64,000 bases of DNA from Thermoprotei archaeon. GTDB lineage: Archaea; Thermoproteota; Thermoprotei; Thermoproteales; B15-G16. Shown here in pieces: positions 27,426 to 36,514 of the stretch. Position 1 is the first letter of the stretch, and each line of letters opens with the position of its first letter. The DNA lies in contig QMRC01000001.1 of the NCBI GenBank assembly GCA_003649205.1, positions 1-64,000 of the forward strand, in the 5' to 3' direction. Under the pieces are notes generated by a model. It saw only the letters and a list, made by a program, of their open reading frames with translations, had not been told where the DNA came from and did not search any database. Position numbers and translations under genes: made by a program.

Positions 27426-28602
27426 GCAACAACACGTACTGAGTAACAGCAATAGACAGAGGGACAAAGTAGGGATCAAGAGACCAGAGAACAGAACCAA
27501 CAACAGGAGCAACACTCTGAGCAACAACACTCAACCCATAAGCAACACCATACGTAGTAGCCCTCCTCTCAACAGGACTCAACTTAGCGACGTACACCAT
27601 GTAGGCAGTCGAGAGGATAGCAGAGAAGAAAGGAGTAGGAACAAGCAAGTAAACACACTCAAACAAACCAAGCAAACTAAAGTAAGTGAACAAACTCATC
27701 AACAAACCCAAAGCAAAAAGAGCAAACAAAACACAGAACCTAACACCAAGTAAATCAACTAAGTAACCAGCAACAGGTTGACTAAAAGCAGCAACCAACA
27801 ACATAGCAGTATAGAGCACACCCAACACACTAAAACCAAGGTGAAGAAACCTATCTAAGTAAATCGGGAGATAGACAGCTGATAGAGAACTTGAGAAACT
27901 AGCAAAGAAGATAAACAGAAGCAAGTACACCAAACCAGGTAACCTAGCAACCTCACGAAGATACCTAACAAATGAAGAAGGAGAGCAGAGACTAAGAACG
28001 CAGCTACCAGACCTCAATCTAGTCTCAACAAGACCAAGACGAGCAATAACAGCAGCAACAGCAAGGATAGAACTCAGCAGATACATGTAGAGAAGACCCT
28101 TAGCAACGAGGTAACCAGCAATAAAAGAGCTAACAGCCATACCGAGAAAAGTCGAGAGAGAAACCAGAGAAAACACCCTACCACGATACCTAGGGTGAAC
28201 AGACTCAGCAACGAGAGAAGAGTACGGAGAAGAAACAACACCAACACCAACGTACAGAAGCACCAGAGAAGCAACCACAACAGCGAGACCAACCCAGAAC
28301 TCCATCAAGAGAAGACAACAACTCAAAGCGATAACACACGTACCAACAACAATGAGCAACCTCCTACCAACAACATCAGAGAAGTAACCACCAACCAAAG
28401 AAGCAAGAGCAGATAGCAGTAGAGCAACAGCAAAGAAGTAACCAACAACCTCAGCACCAAACAACCTAGAGAGAGCAACCTGAAAATACCACTGCCTAAG
28501 ATAACCAATCGACACACTCAAAACGAAAGAAGACAATAAGACAATCACCACATTCCTCAACAACACAGAACCAAAACCATAATCAACATTTGTAGAAGAC
28601 AT
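27403..28602 (-). CDS. MFS transporter
   Basis: Motif A GYFSDVVGRR and GYLVDLLG; about 12 TM helices. Confidence 0.9.
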   Translation of the reverse strand: MSSTNVDYGFGSVLLRNVVIVLLSSFVLSVSIGYLRQWYFQVALSRLFGAEVVGYFFAVALLLSALASLVGGYFSDVVGRRLLIVVGTCVIALSCCLLLMEFWVGLAVVVASLVLLYVGVGVVSSPYSSLVAESVHPRYRGRVFSLVSLSTFLGMAVSSFIAGYLVAKGLLYMYLLSSILAVAAVIARLGLVETRLRSGSCVLSLCSPSSFVRYLREVARLPGLVYLLLFIFFASFSSSLSAVYLPIYLDRFLHLGFSVLGVLYTAMLLVAAFSQPVAGYLVDLLGVRFCVLFALFALGLLMSLFTYFSLLGLFECVYLLVPTPFFSAILSTAYMVYVAKLSPVERRATTYGVAYGLSVVAQSVAPVVGSVLWSLDPYFVPLSIAVTQYVLLPIGFLLR

Positions 28603-28760
28603 ACAAACACACAGAGCAAAAGCAAATATAAATCAGTACACCACCAAACTCAACAAAAACAATGCACAGAAACGACGAAACATACCAAAAACAGAACAGG
28701 AGGTAACAACCAAAGAAACACAGAGTAGAGTAGTATCAAAACTCTGGAAAACAAGTAGAC

Positions 28761-28809
28761 GTGATGAAGCAACTAAGGGCTGAAGCATGATCAGGCAGCA
28801 CATCGCTGA
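28761..28809 (+). ncRNA. Box C/D sRNA
   Basis: GTGATGA-agcaactaaggg-CTGA-agc-ATGATCA-ggcagcacatcg-CTGA. Confidence 0.85.
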
Positions 28810-28854
28810 ATTATAGAACAGGATATGAATACCCAACAACACAACACAGAGACA

Positions 28855-28915
28855 GCGGGATGACTGACCTTAGGGGCACTGAAAGATGAAGAACCGCAAA
28901 CCGGAAACTGACCGC
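28855..28915 (+). ncRNA. Box C/D sRNA
   Basis: GGGATGA 28857, D' CTGA 28879, C' ATGAAGA 28886, D CTGA 28908; terminal gcgg/ccgc stem. Confidence 0.75.
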
Positions 28916-28917
28916 AA

Positions 28918-28966
28918 TCAGAACCGAGGTCCAACATCATTACTCAGATCTGGGTAACCCTCATCA
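28918..28966 (-). ncRNA. Box C/D sRNA
   Basis: Minus strand GTGATGA-gggttacccagat-CTGA-gta-ATGATGT-tggacctcggtt-CTGA. Confidence 0.8.
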
Positions 28967-29037
28967 CGAGAAAACGAACAACCAAGAAAACATGTGTAAA
29001 CTCTACTGAAATTGGCGCTCTTAGAATGAGTAAATGA

Positions 29038-29111
<74 letters not shown>

Positions 29112-29187
29112 TCTTTACTCCGTTCACTGTGTCTATGTGTGGTGATTATTAAGGTTTCCTTTATTCTTGGTGTTGTTGTGTTCTTAC

Positions 29188-29589
29188 CTATACTGTCTTG
29201 AGTAGTTCCTCTATGTCTTGTATGTACTTGTGTACCTTCTTCATCTCTATCTCTAGTTGTTCTATGTCGATTATTCCTTCATAGAAGGTTTCTCCGTGTA
29301 GTATCCTGAATCTTGCCATGTACCTATCCAGTAGTCCTAGTTGCTCTATTGTGGTGTTTTTCTTCTCTAGTTCTCTGAGGAGTTTTCTTCTTTCGTAGTG
29401 ACTTGTTGGTACTTTTCCTGTGTAGTGGAGTATGAGTGCGTTTGTTGCTTGTACTATTGCGTTCCAGGCTTTTTCTGCTGCATCTCTCATCTCTAGTGTA
29501 TCATTTTTCTGTATTGCTTCTGTGAGTTCTTTCTCTGCTCTCTTGAGTAGTTCTCTAGCTTCTTGAAGTAGTTCACGTACTTTAGACAT
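29188..29589 (-). CDS. PaREP1/HEPN family protein
   Basis: RDAAEKAWNA, SHYERR, RILHGETFYEG. Confidence 0.85.
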   Translation of the reverse strand: MSKVRELLQEARELLKRAEKELTEAIQKNDTLEMRDAAEKAWNAIVQATNALILHYTGKVPTSHYERRKLLRELEKKNTTIEQLGLLDRYMARFRILHGETFYEGIIDIEQLEIEMKKVHKYIQDIEELLKTV

Positions 29590-29712
29590 GGTTCTCCCTA
29601 TGTGTGGTGTATGGGGTTACGCTTTTATGTCCTATCTGTACTATGTCGTTTGCCCACCTGAGTACCGGGTTTGTTTCCTGGTTTCGGTGAGGGTGGGTGT
29701 CAGCCCCCCTAG

Positions 29713-30150
29713 TCAATCACTTTTCCTCTGTCTCATTACTTCGTATAGTGCCATTGCTACTACTGTCACGACGTTGTAGCTCATTCCCTGTACTCTACAC
29801 GGTATCTTAACTACCTTTGCTCTAGGTAGCTTACCTACTTCTTCTCTTGGTATTCCGTAGTCTTCTGCTCCTACTACTATAGCTATGTTTCCTGTCTTTG
29901 GTATCTCTACTTCGTGTAGGTACTGTGTTCCGTAGGTCTCTAGTACTATGTATGTGGTGTCTCGTCCTAGTTGCTTCGGTAGTTCTCCTAGGTCTCTGAT
30001 TACCTTGATGTTCCTGAGCTGTGTTGTGGTGTAGGTTGCTCTTGGTCTCTCTACTACTATGAGTTCTCCACCTACTTCACTTACTAGTTTCGCTACGTCG
30101 ATAATGTTTTTGAGGTTTTTTGGGTGGTACATTACTACGTGGAGTGTCAT
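29713..30150 (-). CDS. Minimal SPOUT (SpoU/TrmH-like) RNA methyltransferase
   Basis: HPKNLKN, VVGAEDYGIP, KIP...SYNVVTVVAMALYE. Confidence 0.88.
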   Translation of the reverse strand: MTLHVVMYHPKNLKNIIDVAKLVSEVGGELIVVERPRATYTTTQLRNIKVIRDLGELPKQLGRDTTYIVLETYGTQYLHEVEIPKTGNIAIVVGAEDYGIPREEVGKLPRAKVVKIPCRVQGMSYNVVTVVAMALYEVMRQRKSD

Positions 30151-30152
30151 GT

Positions 30153-31061
30153 ATGAGGGTCCTCCTGCTCTTTCCTACTGAGGATTTTGATGTTGCTTCT
30201 GTTCTTAGGTTTCTCTATGCTTGTGTTGGTGTTGAGGGTTTTGATGTGTTTGTTCTCGGTTGTGTTGATGTTAGGCGTGTTCTTAGGTATAGTCGTGTTC
30301 CTGTTAGTGTGTTGGTTAAGAGGCTTCACGTCATTGATGAGTCTGGTGTTCGTGAGGTTCTTGGGTCTAGTCGTGTCTGTGGTGTTGTTGATCCTCGTTC
30401 AGGTACTAGGGTTTGGTCTGTGAATCGTGTTCCAGATACCTTGGTCATAGACTACGTTGGTTCTTGGTCTAGGTTTAGGGGTTTCTGTGGTGGTGAGGTT
30501 GTGCTTATTTCTTCTCTTGGTTCTTCGTTGTTAACCTATGAGGGTATTTGTGTGTTGTATGAGTTCTTCGTTAGGAGGGGTTCTTGGTCTTGTGCTCCTG
30601 CTATGGATGTTGTTCCTAGCGACTTGCTGAAGCAGGTTTGCTACGTAGCTAGTAAGGTTGTTGAGGCTATTGAGTTTGTTGATAACTTCTATGTTGTTGC
30701 TCCTTCGACTTTGGTTTCTGTTCTCCGTAATGTCTATGCTAGGTTTGGTTATGTTCTTGAACTTCGTGAGACGGGTATTAAGTTCGATCACGTACGTGGT
30801 TTTGCTGTGTGTAGGTACGTGGTTGATGTGTATAGGAGTAGGGATTTAAGCTATGTAACGACTCTCGTCATGGAGCAGCGTGGTAATGAGCTTAAGGTGT
30901 ATCTACCTCGTGGGGTTGGTGAGTTTGCTGAGGTTGTTCTCACTATTGATTTTGAGAGGAGGTTAGTTCACGTGTGTAGGGGGTTAGTTATTGGTCGTGA
31001 GGTCTCTCTTGAGGAGTTAAGTACTTCTTTCACGTCATTTCTCGAGGGGTCTCCTCTGTGA
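30153..31061 (+). CDS. Hypothetical protein; N-terminal half resembles a degenerate SPOUT domain
   Basis: In-frame ATG at 30153 (ORF track starts at 30120); MRVLLLFP...DVASVLR...VVLISSLGSSLLTYEGICVLYEFFVRR. Confidence 0.6.
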   Translation: MRVLLLFPTEDFDVASVLRFLYACVGVEGFDVFVLGCVDVRRVLRYSRVPVSVLVKRLHVIDESGVREVLGSSRVCGVVDPRSGTRVWSVNRVPDTLVIDYVGSWSRFRGFCGGEVVLISSLGSSLLTYEGICVLYEFFVRRGSWSCAPAMDVVPSDLLKQVCYVASKVVEAIEFVDNFYVVAPSTLVSVLRNVYARFGYVLELRETGIKFDHVRGFAVCRYVVDVYRSRDLSYVTTLVMEQRGNELKVYLPRGVGEFAEVVLTIDFERRLVHVCRGLVIGREVSLEELSTSFTSFLEGSPL

Positions 31062-31774
31062 TCTATGTAGGTACCTCTGGTTGGGTCTATGACTGGAATA
31101 GGGATGGTACTCTCGAGTGGTATGTTAGGTACAGTGGTTTTAATGCTGTTGAGGTGAATATGAGTTTCTACAGGGTTCCTAGACGGAGACTTGTTGAGAG
31201 GTGGGTTAGGGTTGGTTCATCACTTAGGTGGTCTGTGAAGGTGAATAGAGTCATTACTCACTTCTGTAGGTTGAGTGAGAAAGCTCTTGAGCATTGGAGG
31301 AGGTTTCGTGAGGTGTTTAGACCTCTTGAGGATAGTGGATTACTTGATTTCTACCTTCTTCAGTTACCTCCGAGTTACGTACCTTCTCCTGAGTATGTTA
31401 GGAGGTTGGTTAAGTTTGTTGAGGAGGTTAATCTGGGTCCTAAGTTAGCTATTGAGTTTAGGTGTGTTGCTTGGTTTAAGGGGGATTACGTGAGGTTGCT
31501 TGGTGACTACGGTGTTACTTGGGTTTCTGTTGATGCTCCTGATCTACCACGAGTGATCTACACTTCAAATGGTATTGTGTACGTTAGGATGCATGGTAGA
31601 GCTATGTGGTATACCTATCGGTATAGTAGGGATGAGCTTGAGGAAGTTGCTAAGAACATAGCTTCGGTCAGACCTAGGAAGGTCTATGTGTTTTTCAACA
31701 ATGATCACGATATGCTCGATAATGGTCGTGAGATGATGTTGATACTGCAGAGCATGGTGAAGAGAGGTACCTAG
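31058..31774 (+). CDS. DUF72 (YecE) family protein
   Basis: YVGTSGW, VEVNMSFY, LQLPPS, EFR, YVRMHG, FFNND. Confidence 0.93.
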   Translation: MIYVGTSGWVYDWNRDGTLEWYVRYSGFNAVEVNMSFYRVPRRRLVERWVRVGSSLRWSVKVNRVITHFCRLSEKALEHWRRFREVFRPLEDSGLLDFYLLQLPPSYVPSPEYVRRLVKFVEEVNLGPKLAIEFRCVAWFKGDYVRLLGDYGVTWVSVDAPDLPRVIYTSNGIVYVRMHGRAMWYTYRYSRDELEEVAKNIASVRPRKVYVFFNNDHDMLDNGREMMLILQSMVKRGT

Positions 31775-31782
31775 GTCTCAGT

Positions 31783-32226
31783 TCAAAAGATCCTGAATTC
31801 AGGTAGTCCCTCTGTTGCCTTTGCTGTTACTAGGTCACTAGCTATCTCTACCGTGTACTTGAGCTTTGCCATGTACGTGATCTCATTGGTATCCTCACTA
31901 ACCGGTGTTAGAGGAATCTCTATCCTCGCTGTAGCACTACCCCTTACCTCACCTTCCTTAACGAGATTCCACACGAGATTAGCAATAACCTTACCCTCCT
32001 CGACCTTGATGTCCCACCTCTTGTCACCAGGTTCAAGACCGTAGTCACTAGCCATCACCTTAACCAGCTGGAGGAAATTATTCCCACTTTCGTCAAGCGT
32101 GATCGTTAGACCTGCTTCTCTAGGCCATCTCTGCAACTTAGCTACTCTCTTATCCTCAGGAACCTTCTTGCTTATCTTGATCTCTGCCTCTAGCTCTCTC
32201 TCGTAGATCTTCGTCAAGGTACTCAT
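31783..32226 (-). CDS. Hypothetical protein
   Basis: 147 aa; strong RBS (gggtga) and upstream TATA; charged beta-rich sequence. Confidence 0.75.
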   Translation of the reverse strand: MSTLTKIYERELEAEIKISKKVPEDKRVAKLQRWPREAGLTITLDESGNNFLQLVKVMASDYGLEPGDKRWDIKVEEGKVIANLVWNLVKEGEVRGSATARIEIPLTPVSEDTNEITYMAKLKYTVEIASDLVTAKATEGLPEFRIF

Positions 32227-32334
32227 TCACTCACCCGCAAACTACAACGTCACAGAACCTATATTTCAATTACTCTCCAAGATGGAACAACGTAGCAAGG
32301 TATATAGTTGACTAAGATTAGTCTAGGTTGAGCG

Positions 32335-32385
32335 ATGAAGAATGCCGTGGCCCCTGAATAGATGAGGAAGTTCTGGGGTTACTGA
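32335..32385 (+). ncRNA. Box C/D sRNA with own promoter
   Basis: ATGAAGA-atgccgtggccc-CTGA-atag-ATGAGGA-agttctggggtta-CTGA; TATA aaggtatatag about 32297-32307. Confidence 0.8.
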
Positions 32386-32529
32386 GCTAACCTCTCTAAT
32401 CACAGCGAATAACCTATGAAGTATCATTTACTAGTGGTACATCCGGACTTAGAGCAGGAATTTTAAGGGGCAGAAGAAATATATAGCATACGGACAATTA
32501 AGGAACATCCTCATAACCTGGATAATTAT

Positions 32530-34473
32530 GTGTTAGGGTCACTAAATAGGTTCGTAACTATGACTCTTCGGGGATTTCAAGTGAGTGAGAAATTAATTGA
32601 GAAATGGGTAAGTGAGTACCTAGCTGAGAGTGTGTGGGAGGTTAGAGAGAACGCTAACGTGAATAGAAGCTACACAGCACTCATGAGCTACGTAGTTGAG
32701 AAAGCAATGAGAGCGCTGATACCGAAGTACTTCCCAGAGAAGGCCGTTAAGCTACACCTAGATGGCTGGATACACATACATAAACTACCCCACAGCCTAT
32801 TCATACCGTACTGCGCAGGTTGGTCAACAGAGAGAATACTGAGAATGGGACTCAAAACACCTAGCATAAGCGCTAAACCAGCAAAGCACGCAGATGTGCT
32901 CGTTGATCACCTAGTGAACTTCCTCTACTGCATAGCACAAGAGTGGACAGGTGCACAAGCTCTCTCAGCAATAGACCTCTACCTAGCACCATTTGCAGAA
33001 CACGATAGGTTAGACTACAAGAGGGTTAAGCAGTGTGTTCAGAGATTCATCTATGACCTCAACTTCACAGGCAGACTAGGTATGCAGACACCATTCACAA
33101 ACGTCATGCTGACCTGTGGAGCGATTGAGGAATACATGGATCTACCAGCTATTGTCGGTGGTGAAGTAGTTGGTACTCTAGGTGACTATTATCATAGAGT
33201 ACCTGAAGTAGTCAAGGCCTTTTGTGAGGTGTATCTGGAAGGTGATGCAACTGGTAGACCCTTCACATTCCCAATACCGACAGTACCTGTTACACCTGAC
33301 TTCTGGAAGTTCCCTGAGATGGATATGATCTGGTTAGCAACTGCTAGGAGGGGTAGCTTCTACTTCCTAAATGGTTACAGCATTGATGTAGCACAGCTAT
33401 TCTCAATGTGTTGTAGACTGGTCATTAACACAGCTAAGGTGGTTCATAAGAACAGTTACAGAGAGAAGCTAGAGGAGATCGAGGGTGAATTATTCAAAAT
33501 GAAGCACATACCGAGAGGAGTGTGGGCTATCCCCGATGCTACAGGTAGCATCGGTGTTGTGACGATAAACCTAGCTAGGATAGCTATGGAAGCTGTTAAG
33601 AGAGGCGATGAGAAGTATGTCTTCGACATACTACAGGACCTATTCAGGGTGGCTAGGGAGTGCTTGATGACTATGAGGAGGAGGTACGAGAAGAGTCTTG
33701 AGTCAGGCCTCATGCCGATGACTAGGATGTACCTTGGACACTTCATGAATCACTACAATACGATAGGTTTCGTAGCACTACCTGAGTTCAGTAGCATACT
33801 ACTCCAGAGACCTAGGTTGTGGTATATTGAGGACCCACGTGGAGCTAAGGAGGTTTGCAAGCTATATAGATCCGTGCTAGAGTTTGCGAATAAGATTTGT
33901 GAAGAGTTTGAGAGCGAGGACGGTGTTCTGTACAATATAGAGTTAGTACCTGCTGAGTCCGCTGCATATAGATTAGCTAGGTTAGACTACGAGAAGTACC
34001 CAGAGTTCAGAAGCTATATACCTGTTGAAGCACCTTTCGGTAGTGAGGGTGAGAAGGTACCCTTCTACAGTAGCCTCATAACACCGAGTTACAGTACGTG
34101 GGATCTGAGACTACAGCTAGAGGTTGAGTCCGAGATACAGCCACTATTCACTGGTGGCGTAATGAAGCACATATTCCTAGGTACAAAGCTAGAGGTTGAG
34201 CAGGTACGTAGATTTGTTGAGAATATCTGTAAGACAACGAGGATCGTGTACTTTAGCTTGACACCAGTTATGAGTGTGTGTCAGAAGTGTGGTTGGTGGG
34301 ATATTGGTATCTACGCAAGGTGTCCAAGGTGTGGTAATGAGATGATTGACGTGTATAGTAGGATAGTAGGGTATTACAGACCTGTGAAGTTGTGGAACGT
34401 AGGTAGGAAGGCAGAGTTCAAGAGCAGGAGACACCTAAGGGAAGAGGATGTAGAGAAGGTTGTCTTAATGTGA
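32530..34473 (+). CDS. nrdD: Class III anaerobic ribonucleoside-triphosphate reductase (no ATP cone)
   Basis: PYCAG, FTFPIPT, SMCCRL, GSIGVVTINL, PAESAAYRLA, CxxC...CxxC, YSRIVGYY glycyl-radical motif. Confidence 0.95.
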   Translation: MLGSLNRFVTMTLRGFQVSEKLIEKWVSEYLAESVWEVRENANVNRSYTALMSYVVEKAMRALIPKYFPEKAVKLHLDGWIHIHKLPHSLFIPYCAGWSTERILRMGLKTPSISAKPAKHADVLVDHLVNFLYCIAQEWTGAQALSAIDLYLAPFAEHDRLDYKRVKQCVQRFIYDLNFTGRLGMQTPFTNVMLTCGAIEEYMDLPAIVGGEVVGTLGDYYHRVPEVVKAFCEVYLEGDATGRPFTFPIPTVPVTPDFWKFPEMDMIWLATARRGSFYFLNGYSIDVAQLFSMCCRLVINTAKVVHKNSYREKLEEIEGELFKMKHIPRGVWAIPDATGSIGVVTINLARIAMEAVKRGDEKYVFDILQDLFRVARECLMTMRRRYEKSLESGLMPMTRMYLGHFMNHYNTIGFVALPEFSSILLQRPRLWYIEDPRGAKEVCKLYRSVLEFANKICEEFESEDGVLYNIELVPAESAAYRLARLDYEKYPEFRSYIPVEAPFGSEGEKVPFYSSLITPSYSTWDLRLQLEVESEIQPLFTGGVMKHIFLGTKLEVEQVRRFVENICKTTRIVYFSLTPVMSVCQKCGWWDIGIYARCPRCGNEMIDVYSRIVGYYRPVKLWNVGRKAEFKSRRHLREEDVEKVVLM

Positions 34474-35733
34474 CCTAGCTCTAGACAATGTGGTTACGTG
34501 TACAGCACATGATACACATGGATCGTAGCTTCTAACCGTTGTCAGTACTGTCTTCTTAATTTCCTCAACAGATTTCCCTGTAGCTAATTCCTTGACTGTC
34601 CTCTCGATGCTACCTAAGTTTATCACTGTTGGTGTGATGACATTGCACCTACTCACCACTTGGTTCCTTACGGTGTATTCATGGAGGAGTATACCTCTTG
34701 GTGCTTCTACGACCGCAAATCCAACTCCCTCATCTCTCTTAGGTTGCTCAATTATTGACCTACCGGCAATGTCCATTATCTGTGGTAGTTCTTGAGCTAC
34801 TCTATTGAGATGCTCTATCACCTCTATTACCTGTGCCACTAAATTCATAGTTATGTAGTCTTTGAGATCTCTTCGCAAATTCATAACCTCCTTCTTAGCT
34901 GGCTCACATAGTAGATTCCTTTCATTTGTGAGTAATCTAGCAAAAGCACCTACACTACACGGCTCTCCGTCTAGGAAGCAGAACTTTGCTGTTGAGTAAT
35001 CTCTAGCTTCTTCCCTGAGTATGAGACGTACCTTACTCACATCAATTTCCTCGCTTGCATTCACTGTGGGAATTCCTTCCACGACTGAGTACCTATGACT
35101 TTTCAGAGCCATGAACTTGCCATACCTAGAGACCTTGGGTATACCTCTCATGGCATCTAGTAGCTTCCTCAGTAGCTCCTCGTATCTACGACATAAATCC
35201 CTCACTTTCTTGAGTAGGTTCTCTAGTACACTTCTCCTCGGAATGTGGTATGCTCCACCAACCGCTAGAGTGACAGGGTGAACCCTATTACCGAATAGAG
35301 TTTCTGCTACAGTAGCTACCTCGCTACGCAGTATAATCACGTCTCGAAGTAGCTCACGGTACTTAGCTACATCCTGTATCACGTCTGGTAGCATCATCGC
35401 TATATGAATTAGATGGCTATCAATGTGATTTAGTCTAAGTGCTACATCTCTCAGTATCTTAACCTCCTCACGTACTTCAATACCAAGTGCTCTCTCTATC
35501 GCAAGTACTGAGCACACCGTATGTGCGTAACCACATATACCACAGATCCTACTGGTGACACTAGGTACGTACCTGTACTTCAGTCCTGTAACGACCTTCT
35601 CAATTAACCTAATGCCCTCGAGAGCAGCTACCCTAACATCTTTGACAACACCCTTCTCATCGGTAAATAGCTCTACCTCGAGATGACCCTCAACTCTCGG
35701 AATCTCAAGTGCTCTCAACCTAACACTATCCAC
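34465..35733 (-). CDS. hydA: Group 3b [NiFe] hydrogenase large subunit
   Basis: RVEGH, RICGIC, EAPRG, DPCVSCAVH plus a C-terminal extension. Confidence 0.93.
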   Translation of the reverse strand: MDSVRLRALEIPRVEGHLEVELFTDEKGVVKDVRVAALEGIRLIEKVVTGLKYRYVPSVTSRICGICGYAHTVCSVLAIERALGIEVREEVKILRDVALRLNHIDSHLIHIAMMLPDVIQDVAKYRELLRDVIILRSEVATVAETLFGNRVHPVTLAVGGAYHIPRRSVLENLLKKVRDLCRRYEELLRKLLDAMRGIPKVSRYGKFMALKSHRYSVVEGIPTVNASEEIDVSKVRLILREEARDYSTAKFCFLDGEPCSVGAFARLLTNERNLLCEPAKKEVMNLRRDLKDYITMNLVAQVIEVIEHLNRVAQELPQIMDIAGRSIIEQPKRDEGVGFAVVEAPRGILLHEYTVRNQVVSRCNVITPTVINLGSIERTVKELATGKSVEEIKKTVLTTVRSYDPCVSCAVHVTTLSRARSH

Positions 35734-36514
35734 TATCTAACACCTCAGTAACCTTTGCTCGAAGACTAGAGAATGTCTGGAATATACTCATTAACTTCTT
35801 AATGGTTACAGAATCAAGCAGATTCTTTTCCTTTAAAATGTTGATGTACTCCCTAATTCTAAGCTCAGGAGCTGGACCCCTACAACCTAGACAGGGAGCA
35901 CCAACTCTAGGACACCTAGCTTCGCAACCACCTCTCGTCAATGGACCAAGACACAGTACTCCTTTTTCAAGTAAACACACCATACCTCGTGCTTTGCACT
36001 CGAAGCATACTGTATGTTCACAGAGCTTAAACTCCTTACCTAGAATCAGTGATGTAAGGAGCTTTTGAAGCTCAGATTTGGGTGGTGGACAACCAGGTAC
36101 TACGTACGAAACCTTAACAAGTTCGGTAATTGGCTTAGCCTCTGGCGGTGGCAACCTCCTTAACTTAGGTAAAGTTCCTTGATATACCTCACGAGTAATC
36201 TGCTGTAAGTTCTCAAACGTTAAACATGACTGCGATACACCACCTAGCACAGCACATGAACCTAAAGCTACGACGTACTGAGCCTTCTCACTAGCACTCT
36301 TAAGCAACTCGTAGTCACGTTCACTAGCTACAGCACCCTCAACTATCAGTACATCCACCTTGCTGGGTTCAGCATCCATGATTAACCTACAGTACTCAAG
36401 CTCCAGGTAATTCAGTAAACCTGGCGTCGTTAGGAGAACGTCGAGTAACTCATTAACGCAGCCTTCACAACCTGTCAAGCTAAGTATACCTAGCCTCAAC
36501 TTCTTCATACTCAT
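35726..36514 (-). CDS. hydD: Group 3b hydrogenase small subunit (delta)
   Basis: CEGC, EGAV, GSCA, PGCPP, C-terminal Cys cluster. Confidence 0.92.
   Translation of the reverse strand: MSMKKLRLGILSLTGCEGCVNELLDVLLTTPGLLNYLELEYCRLIMDAEPSKVDVLIVEGAVASERDYELLKSASEKAQYVVALGSCAVLGGVSQSCLTFENLQQITREVYQGTLPKLRRLPPPEAKPITELVKVSYVVPGCPPPKSELQKLLTSLILGKEFKLCEHTVCFECKARGMVCLLEKGVLCLGPLTRGGCEARCPRVGAPCLGCRGPAPELRIREYINILKEKNLLDSVTIKKLMSIFQTFSSLRAKVTEVLDSG

Noticed and set aside
28741-28752. ORB-like actctggaaaac near the skew switch
   Set aside because: A single weak match with no G-string, partner box or cdc6 gene.
27397-28842. N/Q/T-rich or L/V-rich short ORFs and apparent low-complexity repeats (also 30147-30849)
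   Set aside because: By-products of the extreme AC/GT skew, which lacks stop codons in alternate frames; no true repeat unit.
29640-29715. SECIS-like GAA/A hairpin after the TGA of the SPOUT gene
   Set aside because: The stem below GAA does not pair, TGA falls at the natural domain end, and no Sec machinery is evident in the window.
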